Assembly: GCA_047651235.1 (NCBI GenBank)
Contig: CP178758.1
Location: forward strand, 1,170,001 to 1,202,000
Direction of reading: 5' to 3'
Source of the DNA: Candidatus Electrothrix yaqonensis
Lineage (GTDB): Bacteria > Desulfobacterota > Desulfobulbia > Desulfobulbales > Desulfobulbaceae
DNA length: 32,000 bases
Numbering within the stretch: position 1 is the first letter of the stretch; each line of letters opens with the position of its first letter. The notes below the pieces were generated by a model. That model was not told the origin of the DNA. It did not search any database and worked only from the letters and a program-made list of their open reading frames with translations. Both the position numbers and the translations under genes were made by a program. Positions 8,910-17,309 of the stretch are shown in pieces.

Positions 8910-8930
8910 TCTACCTATTATATAGGTAGA
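8910..8930. repeat. Perfect 9-3-9 palindrome in the AT-rich intergenic region
   Basis: tctacctat-tat-ataggtaga. Confidence 0.8.
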
Positions 8931-9235
8931 AATAATTAGAGAAAAAGATCACCCTTCCGCAAAGCTGCAGAGCCTCCGCATCGTAATTTGCTCCGGTATA
9001 CCGCATGATTCTCCATCGACGGCTGCACCGCGTCAGAATCGAAAGCATCGCAGGAAAAAAATACACCTCTACTCAACCAGTTAAAACAAATCGTCGCCAT
9101 AAAAAATTCCCTTTGCTTTTTATCTGCAATCGGATACCATAAAGGTAATAACTACAGGGCGGTAATACTTATGTTTCAATCTGTATTTTTTTACTGCAGG
9201 CCGAACAGAGGCTGAACAAAAAAAGGAAGAGAACT

Positions 9236-9649
9236 ATGAAGAAGATACTGAGCGCAGCAGCAATATCCACCCTGCTTTTCAGCGCAGGACAGGGTATTGC
9301 AGGCAATATGAGAATTATGCCGCCTTCCTTGGGGCAGGATTGTCCGGAAGGCTGTCAGGATCAGCTCGATGCACTGAATTCCAGTCAGGCCCGCCAGGAC
9401 GAACAGCTTGAGGCATTGGAGGCAAGCCAGGCCCGCCAGGATGAGGCTATTCAGGCCAACGCGGATGATATTAAAAGCAATCTGCAGGAAATTGAAAACC
9501 TGAAAAACCTTCAGCATGAAGAAGTGTTCCCTTGGTATGTCAGGGCAACCGGTCAGATCAACTGGATGGGATCTATGGATCTGGATAAGGCTGCCTATGG
9601 TTTCCAGGCCGATACCGATACCGGATACGGCTTCGGTGCTGCGTGTTGA
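9236..9649 (+). pseudogene. Secreted coiled-coil / outer-membrane beta-barrel-type protein, apparently 3'-truncated
   Basis: A strong SD (aaggaaga) precedes the ATG, and the signal peptide is MKKILSAAAISTLLFSAGQGIAG. A 42-nt tandem duplication encodes SQARQDE twice. Beta-strand-like WYVRATGQINWMGSMDL...GYGFGAA begins, then the ORF stops abruptly where an opposite-strand fragment starts. Confidence 0.5.
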
Positions 9650-9876
9650 GTTGTGATGGTCTGGTCCCTGCTTGCAAGATTGCCCGACCCGATGTTGATC
9701 TGCCGCGCCGGCGTACTGTCTGGTCGGGTTGTCTCCTTCCTCCGAGTATCCTCTTTGCTTCTTTTCCAGAAAAGCCATCCGGCAACAGTGATAAGTGCTG
9801 TCACAATTACCCCTCCGACTTTGACACCCACCCCACTGAACAGCCATTCCTTATTCTCCATAATCCAATCAAGCAT
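9595..9876 (-). pseudogene. N-terminal fragment of a TM-anchored protein (MLDWIMENKEWLFSGVGV... leader), truncated
   Basis: A strong SD (aggaga, 6-nt spacer) precedes the ATG at 9876. The leader plus TM helix is MLDWIMENKEWLFSGVGVKVGGVIVTALITVAGWLFWKR. After ~75 aa the frame runs into antisense of the 9236..9649 gene, so the downstream domain is missing. Confidence 0.45.
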
Positions 9877-10165
9877 ACCTTATCTCCTTTCCCCTTCATG
9901 TCCCAATGTTCCTTATCTGCACATTAACAGATATCTCTCCGTATGTCCGCTCAATATATGACAGAAGCGTATAGATCAACCCGACAACCGCGATCATTTC
10001 AAGGAACTCCTCAATGGTGTAGAGCGTGCAGTACATCACGGAATCAAAACCGTGCAGCTCCGCCTCTCTGCCACTAAGGAATGAGGATTTAATAACTGGT
10101 ACGTTTGCCTGATCGAGATGCACATGATGACGGGCATCGCTTCCACGAAATGCGGCAGTTATTTA

Positions 10166-10455
10166 ATTCCCGTTCCTAAGCATATCGAAGACAACGGCCC
10201 TTATTATTATCCTGGCCACCAACCAGCGGAGTAATATTATCGACGATGCCTTTATCCGCCGCTTCCAGACTATCGTTCATTTCCCCCTATCCAATCCTGA
10301 AGAACGGTTTCTGCTCTGGCAGAAGACCTTCCCTTCTCAATGTAACCCATTATTGCTCCCTTGAAGCCTTGGCAGGCAAATACGATATGCTTGATGCAAA
10401 GCGATTGGAAGCCGCCGTCTTGCGGGAATATGTGAAAGAAGGTAAGATTGTCTGA
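10166..10455 (+). pseudogene. AAA+ ATPase C-terminal fragment (5'-truncated, frameshifted)
   Basis: One frame reads LIIILATNQRSNIIDDAFIRRFQTIVHFPLSNPEERFLLWQKTFP, the sensor-1/arginine-finger region ILATN...ID.AF.RRF. After a shift near 10345 it continues as LEALAGKYDM...LREYVKEGKIV*. There is no Walker A/B region upstream, and a stop lies at 10163-10165. Confidence 0.6.
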
Positions 10456-10641
10456 TTGTTAACGGCGGTCTGCCCACCCATCTCGGTGTGGTATCGCCTG
10501 GGCAGTACCTTGGTCACGGAAGTGCTGACCTCCACGGTCAAGGCCGATGAAGCCCTGCTCGCAGTGACCGACGAACATTCACAGGGCGCGATATCCAACC
10601 CCTTCCGAACGTCTGTCTGACAAATGCAGGAGGATGAAAAA

Positions 10642-12255
10642 ATGACCGAATTTGTTTACCATGATCCGTTCCCATTGGGAAAAGACCAAACCGAATACCG
10701 CTTTGTTGATGATTCATCCCGCTACGTCGGGACGGACAGCTTTGCCGGACAGGAGATGATCCGGGTGGCTCCGGAGGCTCTGCAGGAACTGGCCCGGATT
10801 GCCATGCACGAGGTCTCATTTTTCCTGCGGTCGGAACATAATCAGCAGGTGACCGCTATCCTGGATGATCCGGAGGCTTCGGATAATGACCGGGCCGTAG
10901 CTCTGGCTATGCTCCGCAATGCGGAGATCGCCGTCCAAGAGATTCTGCCGATCTGCCAAGATACCGGCACTGCCATTGTGATGGCGAAAAAAGGTCAGCA
11001 GGTCTGGACCGGCTGCAACGATGCAGAGCAGCTCACCGCCGGAATATGGGCGACCTATACGCAGGAGCATCTCCGGTATTCGCAGAATGCCGCTTTGAGC
11101 ATGTTCGAAGAGGTGAACACCGGCAATAATCTGCCTGCCCAGATTGAAATATACGCCGTGCCAGGTGGGGAATACCGCTTTCTCTTTCTTGCCAAGGGCG
11201 GGGGCAGTGCTAATAAAAGCTATCTGTATCAAGAAACCAAAGCCGTGCTTAATCCTGGTTCTCTGAAAAAATTTTTAACAGGAAAGATGCGGACTTTGGG
11301 AACGGCCGCCTGTCCGCCCTACCATCTGGCCATTGTCATCGGCGGGACCAGTGCCGAGGCCAATCTGAAAACCGTGAAGCTGGCCAGCACCAAGTACCTT
11401 GACGGCCTGCCTGTCAGCGGCAATCCGCACGGTCAGGCATATCGGGATACTGCTTTGGAACAGGAACTGCTGCAGGAAGCCTGGAAGCTTGGCATTGGAG
11501 CGCAGTTCGGCGGTAAATATTTTGCCCACGATGTCCGAGTGATCCGCCTTCCCCGTCACGGCGCATCCTGCCCCATCGGCATGGGGCTGTCCTGCTCCGC
11601 TGACCGCAACCTGAAGGCCAGGATTGACCGGAACGGCCTGTGGGTGGAACAGCTTGACCGCAAGCCGGGCCGTCTGATTCCGGCCGCCCTGCGCCAACAA
11701 CGGGACGAAGGCGCGGTTGCCATCGATCTGAACCGGCCTATGCCGGACATCATCAGCCAGCTTGACCGACTGCCTGTGGCTGCACGGGTGCTGCTCAACG
11801 GCCCGATCATCGTGGGCCGCGATATTGCCCATGCCAAATGGAAAGAACTGCTGGATAGCGGCAGCCCCCTGCCCGAATATCTGCAGCGGCATCCGGTTTA
11901 TTACGCCGGTCCGGCCAAGACCCCGCCGGGTATGGCCTCCGGTTCTTTCGGCCCCACCACAGCCGGACGCATGGATTCCTATGTCGATCTGCTGCAGCGG
12001 CACGGCGGCTCCATGATCATGATCGCCAAAGGCAACCGGTCCCGCCAGGTCACTGAGGCATGTCAGCAGCACGGCGGCTTCTATCTCGGCTCCATCGGCG
12101 GCCCGGCTGCTCTGCTGGCCCAGGAAAATATCACCGGCGTGGAGTGCATCGACTACCCGGAACTGGGCATGGAGGCGGTCTGGAAAATCGAGGTCATGGA
12201 TTTCCCGGCTTTTATTCTGGTGGATAATAAGGGAAATGATTTTTTTGCTCAATAA
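10642..12255 (+). CDS. Class I (Fe-S dependent, FumA/FumB-type) fumarate hydratase
   Basis: 537 aa counted from the ATG at 10642, which is preceded by AGGAGG at 10628-10633. The track start at 10624 contains this SD. Supporting sequence: [51 protein letters not shown], and single-chain N+C domain length. Confidence 0.9.
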   Translation: MTEFVYHDPFPLGKDQTEYRFVDDSSRYVGTDSFAGQEMIRVAPEALQELARIAMHEVSFFLRSEHNQQVTAILDDPEASDNDRAVALAMLRNAEIAVQEILPICQDTGTAIVMAKKGQQVWTGCNDAEQLTAGIWATYTQEHLRYSQNAALSMFEEVNTGNNLPAQIEIYAVPGGEYRFLFLAKGGGSANKSYLYQETKAVLNPGSLKKFLTGKMRTLGTAACPPYHLAIVIGGTSAEANLKTVKLASTKYLDGLPVSGNPHGQAYRDTALEQELLQEAWKLGIGAQFGGKYFAHDVRVIRLPRHGASCPIGMGLSCSADRNLKARIDRNGLWVEQLDRKPGRLIPAALRQQRDEGAVAIDLNRPMPDIISQLDRLPVAARVLLNGPIIVGRDIAHAKWKELLDSGSPLPEYLQRHPVYYAGPAKTPPGMASGSFGPTTAGRMDSYVDLLQRHGGSMIMIAKGNRSRQVTEACQQHGGFYLGSIGGPAALLAQENITGVECIDYPELGMEAVWKIEVMDFPAFILVDNKGNDFFAQ

Positions 12256-12567
12256 ACGACCCAAGTTGCTGCCTTATTTTTACACTCCGGATTGGGGAGA
12301 ATCGGAACCGTCGCCCTTGGATAATTTGGGCGAAATTTTTGTTTACTCGTTCCAAATTCCATGTTACCTGTTGTATTTGTATGATAAGAGGAAAAATGCA
12401 GGTGAAAATTGATAAGAGGGAAATTTTTCCTGTTTTTCGTCTCAATATCATTAAGATGGACCGCTTCACGCTCCATCTTGACGGGGCTTGCAATCGAGTA
12501 TTGGTATTGCATGGATAGATAATACGGGTTCAACTAGGTCATACTAAAAAAAACTAAGGAAAAACGT

Positions 12568-13650
12568 ATGTACTTAATTACTAATCGTAAGTTGACAAAA
12601 GCAAAAAATTTAAATTTTTTTGGAAAAACTCCAAATTCAGAGGGCCCCAATGAGCTGAGATTGGTCAGTGTAGAAAAATCAGGAAAGGATTGGAAAGTAA
12701 AACCGATAATTGATCAACTCCCTACTGCAACAGTAGAGGAGTTAAAATTAAAGTATATGCTCGACATTGATACTGAAAATCCTTGGCATGGAAGTCTTAT
12801 GGTAGCTTGTGAACTTTTTGAACGTGCGCGGACTGAAAAAAAATCAATATTATTTTTTGTGCATGGGTATAACAACGACGTTGCAGATGTATTGAAGGCC
12901 GCTCATAAGATCGAATCTCTTTATAATGTGATTGTAGTTCCCTTTACTTGGCCAGCTAATGGTGGTGGTGCTCTTTCAGGGACTGCAGCATATCTGAGTG
13001 ATAAATCTGATGCTCGAGTTTCTGCAGGAGCGCTCAATCGTGCTATAGGTAAAATTCAGCAAATGCACCTGTTGCTCACGCGTTCACTGCAACAACGGCA
13101 TCAGGCTGCAGCCTTAAAAAAACACCCTGACAATCCCAATGCCGCTGCTTCTCTTTTTACACGACTAATGGAAACGGATTGTTCTGTAACAATAAATCTA
13201 CTTTGTCATAGTATGGGGAACTACGTGTTAAAGCATTCTTTTTCTACAAGTGAAAATGTTACCTCTGAGTTAGTTTTCGATAACGTTTGTCTTGTTGCCG
13301 CTGACACAAATAACGAAAGTCATATCCAGTGGGTAGGCAAACTTGATGTTCGAAAAAGAATTTATGTCGTTATTAATGAAAATGATTCTGCTCTCAAAGC
13401 ATCTCGTATAAAGCCAGGGAAACAACAGAAGGCCCGTTTGGGGCATTACCTCAAGCAGCTCAATAGTCCCAACGCAACCTATATAGATGTTACAGATGTT
13501 AAACATATAGGTTCTGAACATACATATTTTAAAGGGGTAGCTGTTCAGAAGAGTGCAAAATTAAAAGCCCTTTTTAGTGGAATGTTCAATGGAGAGTCAG
13601 TTGAACATACACTCAGTTACCATGCTGATATCAACACGTATAGACTTTAG
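12568..13650 (+). CDS. Alpha/beta hydrolase of the DUF900-type (esterase/lipase-like), orphan
   Basis: 360-aa ORF in an AT-rich patch. It has N-terminus MYLITNRKL...FG, ILFFVHGYNN, the nucleophile elbow LLCHSMGN, and later AADTNNE / NENDSALKAS acidic and His-region motifs as recalled for DUF900 hydrolases. Confidence 0.7.
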   Translation: MYLITNRKLTKAKNLNFFGKTPNSEGPNELRLVSVEKSGKDWKVKPIIDQLPTATVEELKLKYMLDIDTENPWHGSLMVACELFERARTEKKSILFFVHGYNNDVADVLKAAHKIESLYNVIVVPFTWPANGGGALSGTAAYLSDKSDARVSAGALNRAIGKIQQMHLLLTRSLQQRHQAAALKKHPDNPNAAASLFTRLMETDCSVTINLLCHSMGNYVLKHSFSTSENVTSELVFDNVCLVAADTNNESHIQWVGKLDVRKRIYVVINENDSALKASRIKPGKQQKARLGHYLKQLNSPNATYIDVTDVKHIGSEHTYFKGVAVQKSAKLKALFSGMFNGESVEHTLSYHADINTYRL

Positions 13651-13880
13651 TAACCTTTGGTGCTAGTGCTCCGTCATGACTAAACTCTAGGATCGTTGTA
13701 TCAAAATTTTCTCCTCAAATTAATCGGTTGCGATACACCAAGTCCTAATCTTTAGATTTTACAAAGCACTATTTGCTCAAACAGGCCAACTATATGGTAT
13801 GGATTTTCAAAAACAGTGTTCTTGATCCCCCGGAAGATCAGGCGGTATTACTTGTAAAATAGCGCCCCGGAAAGGTTCGT

Positions 13881-13919
13881 TGGTAGTGGGTCAAATCCGT
13901 TGATATGGCCTCAGACTTC
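13881..13919 (-). repeat. Inverted copy of the 39-bp IS66-relic segment (partner 3957-3995)
   Basis: The reverse complement agaagtctgaggccatatcaacggatttgacccactacca matches 3957-3995 at 37/39 positions. An imperfect local inverted repeat lies beside it (13883-13903 vs 13949-13969, 16/21). Confidence 0.85.
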
Positions 13920-14082
13920 TCATCAGCGCGGGATTGAAGTTGACTTATCCACAGGTTTGACCCACTGCCGGTTCGTTTTTTTGAACTGCTTGTTTTTATG
14001 TGCTTCTGAACTGGCGCCAAAAGTTAGTATAACGACCACGGTGAGCCTTTGGCAAATTCGGCCTGCCTTGTTTGCCATTTAA

Positions 14083-15204
14083 ATGGACCGAGCTTTAACT
14101 CCCATATCCTTCTTCTTGCCCCCCGCTCAAACAGCCCGCCACGCCGCAACCTGCCTAGAATGCGGCCTCTGCGTCCGTGAATGTGCCTTTCTGCAGAAAT
14201 ACGGCACCCCGAAATCGATTGCCTGTTCCTGGCACCCGGAAAAAGACCGGCTGCTGCCCTTTGAGTGCAGCCTCTGCGGCCTCTGCGCAGCAGTCTGTCC
14301 GCCAAAAATCAACCTGAATCCCGCTGTCATGTTTCTGGAGATGCGGCAGGAGCTGGTCCGGCGCGGGGCAGCTCCTCTGCCGCAGCACCGCCGCCTTCTT
14401 ACCTACGAACGCCGGGGCGTGTCTGCCCGATATGCCTGGTGCGGCCTGCCGGAACGCTGCGATACTGTTCTGTTTCCCGGCTGCGCCTTTGCCGGAACTC
14501 GGTCGGGCCGCCTGCTGGAGCTGTTTCAGCATCTGTCCCGGAGCATTCCGAATCTCGGCATCATGCTGGACTGCTGCACCAAACCTTCCCACGATCTCGG
14601 CCGGACAACGCAGTTTACGGCCATGTTCGGCAGGCTGCGGCATAGCCTGGTGGCGCAGGGTATCCGGAGAGTGCTGGTCATCTGCCCCAGCTGTTATGCG
14701 GTCTTCAGGCAATACGGAGCGCCGCTGGAAGTGCAGTTTGTCTATGAGCTGCTTGCTGAAATGACTCTGCCTGTAGACAGCACAGCAATCTTGGGACAGC
14801 AGGTCACGGTCCATGATCCCTGCGCCACCCGGCAGCATAGCCAAGTTCACGAAGCTGTACGTGCGCTTCTCCGGCAGGCTGGACTGGAGATAACGGAAAT
14901 GCCGCATCATGGCCGCACAACCCTCTGCTGCGGCGAAGGCGGAGCTATCCCTTTCTTGAACAACGCACTGGCCCGTCGCTGGGGCGATCGGCGCCAGCAG
15001 GAAGCCGGTTCCCTGCCTGCCGTAACCTACTGCGCAGGCTGTGTCCAGTTTCTCCGCTCCCGGCTGCAGACCGTCCATCTGCTGGACCTGCTCTTTGCTC
15101 CGGCACATGCCCTGCACGGCAGAGTGCGGGTTGCCCGCGCCCCATTGACCTACCTGAACCGGCTGTTCCTCAAACGGCGGCTGCAGAAGCTGCTCTCTGA
15201 TTAA
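14083..15204 (+). CDS. (Fe-S)-binding protein with two ferredoxin-type clusters and two CCG domains (HdrD/GlcF/GlpC-like)
   Basis: CLECGLCVRECAF and CSLCGLCAAVCPP are CxxCxxCxxxC motifs. Two Cys-rich CCG-type repeats follow (FPGCAF...LDCCTKP and HDPCA...LCCGEGG). Confidence 0.85.
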   Translation: MDRALTPISFFLPPAQTARHAATCLECGLCVRECAFLQKYGTPKSIACSWHPEKDRLLPFECSLCGLCAAVCPPKINLNPAVMFLEMRQELVRRGAAPLPQHRRLLTYERRGVSARYAWCGLPERCDTVLFPGCAFAGTRSGRLLELFQHLSRSIPNLGIMLDCCTKPSHDLGRTTQFTAMFGRLRHSLVAQGIRRVLVICPSCYAVFRQYGAPLEVQFVYELLAEMTLPVDSTAILGQQVTVHDPCATRQHSQVHEAVRALLRQAGLEITEMPHHGRTTLCCGEGGAIPFLNNALARRWGDRRQQEAGSLPAVTYCAGCVQFLRSRLQTVHLLDLLFAPAHALHGRVRVARAPLTYLNRLFLKRRLQKLLSD

Positions 15205-15273
15205 TGTTCTTGTTTTTTTTCTTTTTCCGGTGTAGATTAACCAGTCTTTTTCTAAGAAATATCAGAATGATTC

Positions 15274-15297
15274 AGGTGCGGCAATGCGCCTTTTTTT
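15274..15297 (+). terminator. Rho-independent terminator after the Fe-S protein gene
   Basis: 7-bp stem aggtgcg / tgcgcct (two G-T pairs) with a GCAA tetraloop, followed by a T7 run. Confidence 0.65.
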
Positions 15298-15315
15298 ATT
15301 CATACAGGAGTCAGA

Positions 15316-17115
15316 ATGGATCAGAGCAAGATCAGAAATGTAGCTATCATCGCCCATGTTGACCACGGCAAGACCACACTGGTTGATAAATTATTTCATC
15401 AGAGTGGTATGTTCCGCGAAAACCAGGACGTAGCCGAACGTCTCATGGACTCAATGGATCTGGAGCGCGAGCGCGGTATCACCATTGCGTCAAAAAACGG
15501 TTCCTACACCTACGGTGAGTGTAAAATCAATATCATAGATACGCCTGGCCATGCCGATTTCGGCGGTCAGGTGGAACGGGTTATGCGGATGGCAGACGGC
15601 GTCCTGCTCCTGGTGGATGCCCAGGAAGGCCCCATGCCGCAGACTTTTTTTGTGGTCAAGAAGGCCCTTGCCGCACAGCTGCCCATCCTGGTACTGGTCA
15701 ACAAGATCGACAAGGAAGGCGCCCGCTGTGAATGGGTGGTGGATGAAGTATTTGATCTGCTGGTCCGGCTGGAGGCCCCAGATGAAACGCTGGACTTTCC
15801 GGTGCTCTATGGTTCTGCCAAAGAAGGCTATATGGTGGAGGAACCCGATGATCCCATTGTGCCTGGCCAGGGCATGGATCTGATTTCAGAAATGATTGTC
15901 AAGCATGTGCCGCCCCCTGCCGGAGATCCGGCAGCACCGCTGCAGCTGCAGATCAACACCATTGATTACTCACCGTATCTGGGCAGATTGGGCATCGGCC
16001 AGCTGACCAACGGCACCCTGCGCCTGAATGAAAATATTGCCGTGGCCCGGCGGGACGGTTCCGTCAAACCGGTGCGGATCAGCAAGATCTTCAGTTTTGT
16101 CGGTGATGAGCAGGTACCGGTGGACACGGCCTGTGCTGGTGACATTGTGGCGGTTGCCGGAATGGAGGACGTCACCGTCGGGGTCACTTTTACGGATCCG
16201 GATGATCCCCGCCCCATGCCGCTGATTGAGATTGATCCGCCCACCATCTCCATGCATTTCATTCCTAACGATTCCCCTTTTGCCGGACAGGACGGCAAGT
16301 TTGTCACCTCCCGCCATCTTGAGGAACGCCTGAACCGGGAGACCCTGGCAGATGTGGCCCTGCAGGTGGAGCCGCTCACTGACGGGGTAGGGTTCCGGGT
16401 GTCCGGTCGGGGCGAGCTGCACCTCTCCATCCTGATTGAAAAAATGCGGCGGGAGGGCTACGAATTTCAGGTCACCCGGCCCCATGTCATCATGCGGGAG
16501 GAAAACGGCCAGCCTGTTGAGCCGTACGAGTCCCTGACTGTTGATGTGGATGAACAGTATCAGGGTGTGGTGATTGAAAAACTCGGCAAGCTCAAGGGCG
16601 TGCTCAGTGACATGCAGGTGGAGAACGGCATGTCCCGGATGATCTTCAAAATACCGACGCGCGGCCTTCTGGGCTACCGCTCCCAGTTCATGACTGATAC
16701 CAGAGGCATGGGCGTGATGAACTATGTCTTTGCCGAATGGGGGCCTCATGCCGGGGAAATCCAGAACCGCCAGAACGGGGTCATGATCGTCAAGGAGAAC
16801 TGCACCAGCGTGGCCTATGCCCTGTTCAATCTCCAGGAACGCGGCATCCTGTTCATCAACCCCGGAGAAGCGCTGTACCAGGGGCAGATCATCGGGGAAA
16901 ACTGCCGCCCGGCGGATATGGTGGTCAACCCGGCCAAGGGAAAAAAGCTCACCAACATGCGGGCCTCCGGTTCCGACGAGGCGGTTATCCTGACCCCGCC
17001 CCTTGCCATGAGCTTGGAAGACTGCATCTCCTATATCAATGATGATGAACTGGTGGAGGTGACCCCGAAAATTATCCGGCTGCGCAAGCAGAAGAATGCA
17101 AAGATTCGGGCCTGA
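15316..17115 (+). CDS. typA: Translational GTPase TypA/BipA
   Basis: 599 aa with an SD (aggag) upstream. The protein starts IRNVAIIAHVDHGKTTLVDKLF, has DTPGHADFGGEVER-type and NKID motifs, and has the full EF-G-like domain length. Confidence 0.95.
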   Translation: MDQSKIRNVAIIAHVDHGKTTLVDKLFHQSGMFRENQDVAERLMDSMDLERERGITIASKNGSYTYGECKINIIDTPGHADFGGQVERVMRMADGVLLLVDAQEGPMPQTFFVVKKALAAQLPILVLVNKIDKEGARCEWVVDEVFDLLVRLEAPDETLDFPVLYGSAKEGYMVEEPDDPIVPGQGMDLISEMIVKHVPPPAGDPAAPLQLQINTIDYSPYLGRLGIGQLTNGTLRLNENIAVARRDGSVKPVRISKIFSFVGDEQVPVDTACAGDIVAVAGMEDVTVGVTFTDPDDPRPMPLIEIDPPTISMHFIPNDSPFAGQDGKFVTSRHLEERLNRETLADVALQVEPLTDGVGFRVSGRGELHLSILIEKMRREGYEFQVTRPHVIMREENGQPVEPYESLTVDVDEQYQGVVIEKLGKLKGVLSDMQVENGMSRMIFKIPTRGLLGYRSQFMTDTRGMGVMNYVFAEWGPHAGEIQNRQNGVMIVKENCTSVAYALFNLQERGILFINPGEALYQGQIIGENCRPADMVVNPAKGKKLTNMRASGSDEAVILTPPLAMSLEDCISYINDDELVEVTPKIIRLRKQKNAKIRA

Positions 17116-17128
17116 AGCATCCATCACA

Positions 17129-17163
17129 AAACAGCTCCTGCCTGATCCCAAAGGGAGCTGTTT
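17129..17163 (+). terminator. Hairpin just after the typA stop (weak T-tail)
   Basis: Stem aaacagctcc / ggagctgttt with a 15-nt loop, followed by tttcc. Confidence 0.4.
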
Positions 17164-17309
17164 CCGCTAATTGCGTAATTCTTAGCTGAAACTGTGAATC
17201 ATTATTACAATGTTGATATAATTATTTTTATTGACATGAGCTCTACCGCAAGATACGCTTATATTAATAATAATTGAACTTTCTGTTTAGAAAAAAGGGG
17301 GCGGGAAAA

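Noticed and set aside
9191-9847. 218-aa minus-strand ORF
   Set aside because: It overlaps the + strand signal-peptide gene, which has a strong SD, and the better-supported 9595..9876 fragment. It has no motifs of its own.
10453-10620. In-frame TGA at 10453 followed by 55 more open codons, considered as Sec recoding given selB in the window
   Set aside because: REYVKEGKIV* matches the natural C-terminus of this ATPase family. The gene is already a truncated pseudogene, and I saw no SECIS-like hairpin.
11275-12264. 329-aa minus-strand ORF (and 10816..11232, 11556..11837)
   Set aside because: Antisense to the clearly recognisable class I fumarate hydratase. The composition is Gly/Ala/Arg-rich, as is typical of GC-rich shadow frames.
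12212-12533. Two minus-strand ORFs (93 and 94 aa) between fumarate hydratase and the hydrolase gene
   Set aside because: They are AT-rich intergenic DNA, overlap each other, and have no RBS or motifs.
14155-15117. 320-aa minus-strand ORF
   Set aside because: Antisense to the CCG-domain Fe-S protein gene, with no motifs.
15970-17151. 393-aa minus-strand ORF
   Set aside because: Antisense to typA.
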